Below, piece after piece: positions 53,595-64,000 of a stretch of DNA of 64,000 nucleotides. Within the stretch, counting starts at the first letter, position 1. Each line of letters begins with the position of its first letter. This DNA is from Chrysomallon squamiferum (taxonomy: Eukaryota > Animalia > Mollusca): the NCBI GenBank assembly GCA_012295275.1, contig CM022665.1, forward strand, positions 49,154,975-49,218,974. The letters run 5' to 3'. The notes under the pieces were generated by a model, which was not told the origin of the DNA, made no database searches, and saw only the letters and a program-made list of their open reading frames with translations. A program made the position numbers and the translations under genes.

Positions 53595-56577
53595 AAGCTG
53601 CAGTTGTTTATGGAAATGAATCAGAAATTACAAGAATTGATGGAAATGAAATACAAGTTGCATCTGTTGATGGAAATAAATCACAAGTTGAAAGAGTTGA
53701 TGTAAGCGAATCAATTGCTGGAAGTATTGATGGAAATGATGTAAAATTTACAAGAAGTGATACAAATCAAATAGAAGTTACAAGAACTGATGGAAAAGAA
53801 ATAGAAGGTGATGAGACAAAACAGTTGAGAAGTGATGAGACAGAACAGCTGAGAAGTGATAAGAAAGAACAGCTGAGAGGAGATGAGAGAGAACAGCTGA
53901 GAAGTGATGAGACAGAACAGTTGAGAAGTGATGAGAGAGAAGAGTTGAGAAGTGATGAGAGAGAAGCGTTGATAAGTGATGAGAGAGAACAGTTGATAAG
54001 TGATGAGAGAGAAGAGTTGAGAAGTGATGAGAGAGAAGAGTTGAGAAGTGGTGAGAGAGAACAGTTGAGAAGTGATGAGAGAGAACAGTGTACAAGTGAT
54101 AAGATAGAACAGTTGAGAAGTGATGAGAGAGAAGCGTTGAGAAGTGATGAGAGAGAACAGTGTACAAGTGATAAGATAGAACAGTTGAGAAGTGATGAGA
54201 GAGAAGAGTTGAGAAGTGATGAGAGAGAAGCGTTAAGTGATGAGAGAGAACAGTTGAGAAGTGATGAGAGAGAAGAGTTGAGAAGTGATGAGAGAGAAGA
54301 GTTGAGAAGTGATGAGAGAGAAGAGTTGAGAAGTGATGAGAGAGAACAGTTGAGAAGTGATGAGAGAGAACAGTTGAGAAGTGATGAGAGAGAACAGTTG
54401 ATAAGTGATGAGAGAGAAGCGTTGATAAGTGATGAGAGAGAACAGTTGATAAGTGATGAGAGAGATGAGTTGAGAAGTGATGAGAGAGAACAGTTGAGAA
54501 GTGATGAGAGAGAAGAGTTGAGAAGTGATGAGAGAGAACAGTTGAGAAGTGATGAGAGAACAGTTGAGAAGTGATGAGAGAAGCGTTGATAAGTGATGAG
54601 AGAGAACAGTTGAGAAGTGATGAGAGAGAAGAGTTGAGAAGTGATGAGAGAGAAGAGTTGAGAAGTGATGAGAGAGAAGAGTTGAGAAGTGATGAGAGAG
54701 AACAGTTGAGAAGTGATGAGAGAGAACAGTTGAGAAGTGATGAGAGAGAACAGTTGATAAGTGATGAGAGAGAAGTGTTGATAAGTGATGAGAGAGAACA
54801 GTTGATAAGTGATGAGAGAGAACAGTTGATAAGTGATGAGAGAGAAGAGTTGAGAAGTGATGAGAGAGAACAGTTGAGAAGTGATGAGAGAGAACAGTTG
54901 AGAAGTGATGAGAGAGAACAGTTGAGAAGTGATGAGAGAGAACAGTTGAGAAGTGATGAGAGAGAAGAGTTGAGAAGTGATGAGAGAGATGAGTTGAGAA
55001 GTGATGAGAGAGAACAGTTGAGAAGTGATGAGAGAGAACAGTTGAGAAGTGATGAGAGAACAGTTGAGAAGGATGATGAGAGAACAGTTGAGAAGTGATG
55101 AGAGAGAAGAGTTGAGAAGTGATGAGAGAGAAGAGTTGAGAAGATGAGAGAGAAGAGTTGAGAAGTGATGAGAGAGAAGAGTTGAGAAGTGATGAGAGAG
55201 AAGAGTTGAGAAGTGATGAGAGAGAACAGTTGAGAAGTGATGAGAGAGAACAGTTGATAAGTGATGAGAGAGAAGCGTTGATAAGTGATGAGAGAGAACA
55301 GTTGATAAGTGATGAGAGAGATGAGTTGAGAAGTGATGAGAGAGAACAGTTGAGAAGTGATGAGAGAAGAGTTGAGAAGTGATGAGAGAGAACAGTTGAG
55401 AAGTGATGAGAGAACAGTTGAGAAGTGATGAGAGAGAAGCGTTGATAAGTGATGAGAGAGAACAGTTGAGAAGTGATGAGAGAGAAGAGTTGAGAAGTGA
55501 TGAGAGAGAAGAGTTGAGAAGTGATGAGAGAGAAGAGTTGAGAAGTGATGAGAGAGAACAGTTGAGAAGTGATGAGAGAGAACAGTTGAGAAGTGATGAG
55601 AGAGAACAGTTGATAAGTGATGAGAGAGAAGCGTTGATAAGGATGAGAGAACAGTTGATAAGTGATGAGAGAGAACAGTTGATAAGTGATGAGAGAGAAC
55701 AGTTGAGAAGTGATGAGAGAGAAGAGTTGAGAAGTGATGAGAGAGAACAGTTGAGAAGTGATGAGAGAGAACAGTTGAGAAGTGATGAGAGAGAACAGTT
55801 GAGAAGTGATGAGAGAGAAGAGTTGAGAAGTGATGAGAGAGAAGAGTTGAGAAGTGATGAGAGAGATGAGTTGAGAAGTGATGAGAGAGAACAGTTGAGA
55901 AGTGATGAGAGAGAACAGTTGAGAAGTGATGAGAGAGAACAGTTGAGAAGTGATGAGAGAGAACAGTTGAGAAGTGATGAGAGAGAAGAGTTGAGAAGAT
56001 GATGAGAGAAGAGTTGAGAAGGATGAGAGAGATGAGTTGAGAAGTGATGAGAGAGAACAGTTGAGAAGTGATGAGAGAGAACAGTTGAGAAGTGATGAGA
56101 GAGAACAGTTGAGAAGTGATGAGAGAGAACAGTTGAGAAGTGATGAGAGAGAAGAGTTGAGAAGTGATGAGAGAGAAGAGTTGAGAAGTGATGAGAGAGA
56201 ACAGTTGAGAAGTGATGAGAGAGAAGAGTTGAGTGGTGATCAAATCTCACCAAGCTGCAGATTGGAAGAAAATGAACCCATTGCGGTAAGTGAAAATGCT
56301 GAGCAGATAGCACAAGAAAGTCTGAACAGATCAGGTGACAGTTCAATGCTACCAGTATTGGAATCTTCTAGTCAGCTTTTGGTCAGTGGTGGTGATTTTC
56401 ATCAAAGTTCTTCACAGCTTGGTGTCAATAATTCTACACCAGACCCGCCATTGCATGCAGCACGTCACAGCGACTACGTCGACGTACAAAGACGTATTTT
56501 GTCATTCCAGTACCGATCGCCAAGTCTTCACTATCAGTCTCCGGCACAGCTGGCAGTAGCCGGTTTCTTCTTCTCTG
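53595..56577 (+). CDS. Large exon: seven 10-aa repeats, ~100 LRSDERE(Q/E) repeats, linker, BIR N-half; frameshifted within the repeat as assembled
   Basis: ttcAG acceptor in phase 1; ORFs 53573..54574 and 56037..56582; ends AGFFFSG|gttagt. Confidence 0.65.
53808..56235 (+). repeat. 24-bp coding-type minisatellite (GTGATGAGAGAGAA[CA/GA]GTTGAGAA)n
   Basis: Direct observation. Confidence 0.98.
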
Positions 56578-56974
56578 GTTAGTGTTACTCTTACTTAATT
56601 AGAAATCTTTATATTTCAATAATTATTTGAAAATCTACGATTGATGTTTTTTTAAGAAAAAAAAAAATTTTAGCATTGACATTTTAATTCATTTTAATTT
56701 ATCTATGTTTTAATATTCATTTTATAATGAGACTTGAAATTATTGACAAGTTACTAGTAGATAAAAAATTTCAGGATTTTCAGATTGAATTTGTATTTGT
56801 ACATTCTGAAAGTCGCCTGAAATGTCTGACATAATAATAGTCATTTGGGATATTTTATTGTTGAAGAGTGAAATAATGTTTTCTGTATTTTAATTTTCAT
56901 TTTGAATTTGGACATTCTGATAGTCATTTGAAATCTCTGAACGATCGATAGAACAACATAGCTTAATTTTGTGT

Positions 56975-57495
56975 ATGTGTGTGTTTCTATGTGCGGGTAC
57001 ATGTATGTGTGTGTGTTTCTATGTGCGGGTACATGTATGTGTGTGTGTTTCTATGTGCGGGTACATGTATGTGTGTGTGTGTTTCTATGTGCGGGTACAT
57101 GTATGTGTGTGTGTGTGTTTCTATGTGCGGGTACATGTATGTGTGTGTGTGTGTTTCTATGTGCGGGTACATGTATGTGTGTGTGTGTTTCTATGTGCGG
57201 GTACATGTATGTGTGTGTGTTTCTATGTGCGGGTACATGTATGTGTGTGTGTTTCTATGTGCGGGTACATGTATGTGTGTGTGTGTGTTTCTATGTGCGG
57301 GTACATGTATGTGTGTGTTTGTGTTTCTATGTGCGGGTACATGTATGTGTGTGTGTGTGTTTCTATGTGGGGGTACATGTATGTGTGTGTGTGTGTTTCT
57401 ATGTGGGGGTACATGTATGTGTGTGTGTGTGTTTCTATGTGCGGGTACATGCATGTGTGTGTGTGTGTTTCTATGTGGGGGTACATGTATGTGTT
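56975..57495. repeat. Intronic minisatellite TTTCTATGTGCGGGTACATGTA(TG)n
   Basis: Many copies here, only two at ~34305-34375. Confidence 0.96.
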
Positions 57496-57580
57496 TATGT
57501 GCCTGTATAGTCGGGGTATTAGTGGTTGTAAATACAGAAAGTGTATACAATTATGAACAAGCTCATTTATGTATACACAG

Positions 57581-57726
57581 GAGAAACAGGTGATAGCACG
57601 ACCTGCTTTTACTGCGGCGGAGAACTCAGAAATTGGATGCAGGGAGACAACCCTTACGTGGAACACGCCAGATGGTTTCCACGATGCGATTTCATCAGAC
57701 GTTGTTCTTTGGTACGAACTTATTAG
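57581..57726 (+). CDS. Exon B variant: BIR C-half ([28 protein letters not shown])
   Basis: acacAG acceptor, phase 1; ends at a possible donor at 57712 or at stop 57726. Confidence 0.8.
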
Positions 57727-57962
57727 ACTTAAATAAATACGTTTATTTGTATTTTCACAAGGATTTGAGAAGTTTCTCTAAATTAATTTACATCTTGTAA
57801 TCTTTTCTCTCTCTTTCTTTGATATTTTGTTTATTATTTGTTTATTTAATTAGTTAAGTTAGTTTCAAAAATGTTATTATCTTATGTTTTTGACTCAGTA
57901 TTATTTCCATTATTTTATTAGTATTACTACTACTATTACTATTGTCATTATTATTATTATTA

Positions 57963-57999
<37 letters not shown>

Positions 58000-58019
58000 T
58001 TTTCATTAATCTATTTTAG

Positions 58020-58068
58020 AACAACTGTGACACAGATATTGATCTTCATGGAAATAGAAGCCATGAAG
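58020..58068 (+). CDS. 49-nt pre-RING exon (NNCDTDIDLHGNRSHE)
   Basis: ttttAG acceptor, AAG|gtatgt donor. Confidence 0.5.
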
Positions 58069-58613
58069 GTATGTTTAGAGAAAACTGTAAGTTTACTAAT
58101 ACATTGCATAGCCCACATAGACTATCACAAAATGATGTGAAGATAAAAGTACTGAATAATTTACATCCTGCAAAATAATATTTTAAATAGATAAACTTTA
58201 GCGGAACGAGACTTTGAAATCCGGATTAGTCTGAAGAACAAAAATTATTATTATTATTGTAATTGTTGTTATTATTGTTGTAATTATTATTATCATTATT
58301 ATTATTATTATTCTTATTGTTGTTATATTGATTTTGTCATAACTGTTATTAATATTGTTATTGTTGTTGATGTTATTGCTGTTATTATTATTAGATAAAT
58401 AAAAGAGTAGTAAAGAGTCAAATTACTTTTATGATAGTCTACAAAATATTTGTTTCAATCGTTAGGTGCAGCAAAGTACGCAAATTATTATTACTATGTT
58501 GTTTTTTTTATGCTTTTTTTGTTTGTTTGTTTATTTTATTTTATTTTTTTACCTTATAAGTTTGTGTATTAAACAACTGTCATTTTGACAATATTCTTTT
58601 CAACATTTAACAG

Positions 58614-58821
58614 ATGCTAGGAGACACTGATCTACACTGTACGTCATGAAAAGATGACCGGAATCTTTTTCCTGCCATGTCATCACGTTTGTTGCTGTGA
58701 AGATTGTGCGTTCGGACTGCAACGATGTCCACGTTGTAGACAGATAATCCAAAACACTATATTAATCTGTTGTCCTGTATTAATCTGTTTAAAAGATGAC
58801 GATTTGATGAACAAATTGTAG
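58614..58821 (+). pseudogene. Degenerate RING exon (YTVR in place of CxxC; LPCHHVCCCEDC...CPRC retained)
   Basis: First two Zn ligands substituted; phase mismatch with preceding exon. Confidence 0.72.
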
Positions 58822-59239
58822 GTTTTATCATAAAAGTAACGTGACTCTTCACAAGGATTTACGAACATACAAAAAGGCTTTCTGTATTTCTTTCTTAAAT
58901 ATATCAGATAATTTTAATACTAATACTAATACTAATACTACTACTACTACTACTAATAATAATCGCAATACCAGTAATGCCAGAGAGAACAAGAACAAGA
59001 ACAATGATTAAACCATCAATAATAAATACATTATTAAATGGAGTTAAATTAGCAAAAATAGAACTAATATTAAAATAACATCTTGAAATTGTTTAATACA
59101 ATTTGGGTTGGCCTTATAAAGGCATAGGACATACCAAGTTACTAAACGAGAAACTGTATTGTGTGAACGTCCTGCTTTTACTGCGGCGGAGGTCTTTCTA
59201 ATTGGACGCAGGGACAAAACCCTTACGTGGAACACGCCA

Positions 59240-61570
59240 AGCTGTCTGTTTTTCGTAGGTGGTGTGAATTCACTTGTCAGCTCGTCAGATGTGTCATACA
59301 GCGTTGTCAACCTCTGTTTTTCGAATGGCAGACCTACTATGTCTAACAAGATTTAAGTTTAAAATGTAGAAAATATTAGGTCATTTTTAAATTAAGAACA
59401 CATTAAAAGAAAAAAATACATCTTTCATTTGACTTTAAAAAAAATGTTATTTAATTAATTATTTTATTTTATTTTCTTTCTCTCTTTATAAATATCTTTC
59501 TGAACACACTATAATTTATTCCAGGAAAAATGCATATATTTTAGTTAAATTACAAATAAGTACGTCATTTACGTTGCAAACGTTGTTGTATGTTATTTTT
59601 CTGTATGATTGAATGAAACGCACCCAGATTTGAATAAACACTTTCCAATTCTTTTTATAATCATATTTTTCAACAGGACGCTGTTTTTTTTTTTAACAAA
59701 AACTGCTTTTAGACACAACAGAAGCAGTTTTTGTTATTGTCCCACTGTTTAGATCAGTTTTATTCTCGTCACTGTATTCAAAGTAAATAAACAGAAATTG
59801 CTGTACTGTAAATAAATATTAGTGTATTTTCACTGTAATGAAAGAAATATATTTTAATTTATTATATTTAATACTTGGCAAATTAATCGACTGAGTATAA
59901 CATAGCGAAATTATTACAAATATTTTTATTTGTCTATCAGAAAATCTTTCTGGATTTATGAAGAGTGAGCTAAAATAAGAAAAATGTTTATTCAAATCTG
60001 GGCTGGTCTTATTGAGGCACATTACAAAGAAAGTTACTACAGAGAATTCTGCTGTACATAATCAAACGAGTAACGTATTTTACTCTGTGTTTGTAGACAT
60101 AAAACAAAGAACTATGAATACATTGCAAAGTGTTTAGCAGAGACATTGTCATGCGAACTGTGATAATTTCACTGATAATAGCAGTCACGTTGCAGCATCA
60201 GACATAGTCACGAGTTCTGATATCTAGCACTGAGCTGCATGTGCTCTCGGTGTCTGGAAACAAGTCACAATTCTTATATAACAAAATGCGTGGGTTTGTG
60301 GAGTACTGAATGTGTCATCATACTATGCATGGGTTTGTGGAGTACTGAATGTGTCATCATACTATGCATGGGTTTGTTGAGTACTGAATGTGTCATCATA
60401 CTATGCATGGGTTTGTGGAGTACTGAATGTGTCATCATACCATGCATGGGTTTGTTGAGTACTGAATGTGTCATCATACTATGCATGGGTTTGTGGAGTA
60501 CTGAATGTGTCATCATACCATGCATGGGTTTGTTGAGTACTGAATGTGTCATCATACTATGCATGGGTTTGTGGAGTACTGAATGTGTCATCTTACTATG
60601 CATGGGGTGATTGTTAAGCTTATTGATTAGTTCAGTTAGACAGGATTAAAGAAAGAGGCTTCATACTGTGCAGGGGTGCAAATGGGTCTAGCTAAGTGAT
60701 CAGGGTAGATTTAAACTAAGGGCTTCCTATATTAAATCATTATCAAATGTCCCAGGTTAAAATGTGTTTCACTATACAGTCGCCAGCCTGCTCTAATATC
60801 AGAAGAATGTTTAATATGGAAGTTATTCATAGCAATAAGGGTGGTTACAGAATCTGTTATGAGGGGTTCATGTATACTGCGGCAGAATTTATTCGTGGTA
60901 TTTGATGGAACATTCGCCTAAGCCACCAACATTAAAATCAAAGAACATAAACAAAAAACTCTGACAAAATGCACTGCCAATATATTTCTTAATTAAAAAT
61001 TGTGACTTTAACCTGTTGTTTTTTTTAGTTTTTTTTTTTCTTTTTTACTGTGACTTTTTCCTAGATTCGTGCTTTCCACGTTTCTGATATTTTAAGTGAA
61101 ACAGTAAATTTAATGTGTTCTTTACAACATATACTAATAACTGTATCAAAAGTCTGAATGCTTGATAGTGCTTTTTTGTTTACTCATCACCAACTTTATA
61201 ACAGGAAGGTTTTGACTTAATTGTGTAAGTACTAGCAATACAAATACATCTTTTAAATCAACTGTGTTGTGAATTTCACTTTTATCTACATAGTAATTTA
61301 CGTATATTTTATGAACTAAGAGAAATTCAAGCTGATCATGCTATAGAACTGGTTAAAAAAAGAAAAAGAAAACAGATAAGAAGAAGAAGAAAAACCTAAA
61401 GAAGTTTTCTTAGAACGCTCATAAATCTGTTTACCTAAGATGAATGTTAACTCATTGTGATGATGTTGATGATAATAATAATAATAATAATGTGACTTTC
61501 ACAACTAATTCAAATCAGCTAACAGCCACTGTAGACGTCATTACGTAGATTCAAGATAAGCTGGACATAA
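59240..61570 (+). repeat. Duplicate of ~35940-38215 (3' flank of the IAP paralogue)
   Basis: Colinear high similarity with indels. Confidence 0.9.
60290..60607. repeat. 39-bp minisatellite, 8 copies
   Basis: Paralogue of 37018-37377. Confidence 0.97.
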
Positions 61571-63233
61571 AAAGAACAGGAGAAAGACACGTGCAGCCAT
61601 CTTTAAAGATGATCGTCTAAAGAGGACAACACTAACCATCTGAAATGTCTATCAACCGAGTTCGGACATTTCAGAACTAACTAAAAAAAAAAACTGGATA
61701 TTTTCATTAAATTGTTACACAAACTCAAAGCTTACAGATCTTGCTCATGGACTATACTGATTTTAATGAAGTTATGAAATATCCAAGTGAAACAAAAATG
61801 TTTCATAAATTCTCTGAAAATGATAGGGATTTCTGAAAACTCCTTGTGTCAGAATTTTTCAGTACAATATACATGATAAATCAGTTAGCTAAGAATAAAA
61901 TGTAAAAACAAACCAATAAACAAACAATAACAAAACAAAGTAAAATATACCTAGGAATATGTCAGTTATTTTATTCTGTGTAATTTTTTGAGAATACTCA
62001 TATATATATATATTTTTTTTTTCTTTTGTCATGGTTTTAAGAAAAGTGGCGAAAAAAGTCGGAATTTTAAAACTTCTGTTGTTTTCTTTTTTCAAGATAT
62101 ATCTCAAGATGTTTTCTATCAGTTTAAAACATACGCAGACCAGTTTTATTTGTGAAACATCTAGAATGATTTATGATGCATCTGAGAAAATCGTCAGATG
62201 CAATATTTCTGGTATTTTATAATTTAGATTTATATTTTTATTTGTTTATTTATTTATGAGAAGGAATCAGTGAAACTTTACACCACTTTTCACAGGGCGG
62301 TAACAAAAGCTGCTGTTAGACTCAATATGAAAAGTTCACAGTTTTGTAAGTGGACTCTGTGTATTCAGAATATTATACGGAAGCAGTTTTTATTATTGTC
62401 CCAATATTTAGATCAGTTTTATTCGTGTCAGAGTTGGTTTTATGTATAATATCTGGGAAAATCCAAAGATTCCACTTTGAGTGCTATTTAATAGGAAGAG
62501 TATTCATTTAAATGAAAATACAGCAGCTCGAATATAAATTAATATCAGTGTATTTCTACTGTAATGAAAGTAATATATTTTAACATTATCATATTTTATG
62601 CGTGGCAAATTAATCCGCTGAGTATAACGTACATGAAAATATTACAAATATTTATATTTGTGTATCAGAAAATATTTCTAGATTTATGGAGAATGAGTTC
62701 AAGTAATAAAAATGGAACTAATATTAAAATGACACCATTTAGAAAATGTTTATCAAATCTGAGTTGATTTTATTAAGACATAAGAAGTTACCAGATGGGA
62801 AAGTTTGCCGTGTAAACAATATAGCTACTTGTTATATGTACAATATTTAGTCAATTTACCAAATAAATAAAATAAAAACAAATAATGTTATTTCATAGAT
62901 TATGAGATTTTGGCTTATCGGCGGTTCATTGGAAAGTCACCAAGTTTATTTATAGAATTTTGTCTACGTAATTTGAGTCACCTGATTGTTATGACGTAGT
63001 GACAATCCAGATACGTTATGTTGCCTGTTTTTAATATATCGACTGATCTGAGCTGGGCTTTTCAGAAATAAAGTGATTAGAAATTTAGATAAGTGTAGAC
63101 ATGATGCCGACTAGAATTACTGCAATAATGTTGATTACTCCTTCAGGTCAACAGAGTTCACTATGCATACTAATGATGTAGAATAGACGACACCTATAAA
63201 CAGAAACATGAAAATATATCCGATCAGAATCAA

Positions 63234-63275
<42 letters not shown>

Positions 63276-64000
63276 TAATGATTAGCTGGAAAGGTTTGAA
63301 TAAAATTAATTATCACTGTTAATAAATAAATGAAAATATGCTGTGCATTTATTACACTAATTGCTTGTCTAATGACTTATCTAAATGTAATGGAAGTTTC
63401 AAATATTAAACGGAAAGTCAAAATCCTGAACATAACTCGTGAACGTCTTGTTACGTTTAGCTCATTGGAGTATATTGCCAACAGACATTCTGCCGCTTAA
63501 CAGACAAAACGCAAAAGTAATTATTTTATAAATTTATCAGCAATTATTCAGATTATTCAAAGTAATAGTCAAATGGAAAATAATTTCAAACACAATAACC
63601 AAATAGCTTTAGCACAATATCCAAAAGAGTTGTTTCCCTTGAACATACACAATTTGCAAAATTCGTTTACACATAATTATAATAAATATTATTATAATTT
63701 GAGTTCTGTATTTTAACCTAAAAATTACTGAATAATAAGCAAGGTATAGACAGCGATTTCTTAATTAAAAATCGTCTTTTAATTTCGAAATACTAACCGC
63801 CTGTCAGTTTCTACTCTACATCTTTTCCTGGTTGTTTACCATAACCAATTTATGGTTGTCGTTAACAATCATTATTAACATTTTAGCTTTTTAATATTTT
63901 ATGGCTTTATTTCCCAAAGAATGTATGTAGCAACAATTATTTGTATACAGAAATCTTTACCGAAAACTTTTATAATTGCTGCAGATGATACTCGGGATAA

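Overview
Eukaryotic, very AT-rich, microsatellite-rich animal DNA (invertebrate-like; lineage not determinable from sequence). The window is a heavily rearranged cluster of inhibitor-of-apoptosis (IAP/BIRC-like) genes and gene fragments, all on the + strand. Most ORF-track entries are repeat artefacts; the coding content is split into GT-AG exons. Main elements: (1) 1-6.5 kb, an array of 78/81-nt symmetric phase-1 exons that the ORF track misses, two of which differ only by non-synonymous changes while the adjacent intron is nearly identical; (2) two tandem arrays of a ~1.58-kb unit (7 units at 8.6-19.7 kb, 4 at 46.8-52.8 kb), each carrying the two exon-halves of a CX2CX16HX6C BIR domain in phases that allow either poly-BIR chains or cassette-type choice; (3) a BIR-BIR-RING gene remnant at 26.6-28.8 kb with a 2.2-kb tandem duplication; (4) a candidate large gene at 46.3-58.8 kb (up to 5 BIRs, a ~100-copy LRSDERE(Q/E) coding minisatellite, a degenerate RING) and a broken paralogue at 32.7-35.7 kb; (5) repeated promoter-like modules and segmental duplications. 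All splice models are read by eye without expression data, and some frameshifts may be assembly errors.
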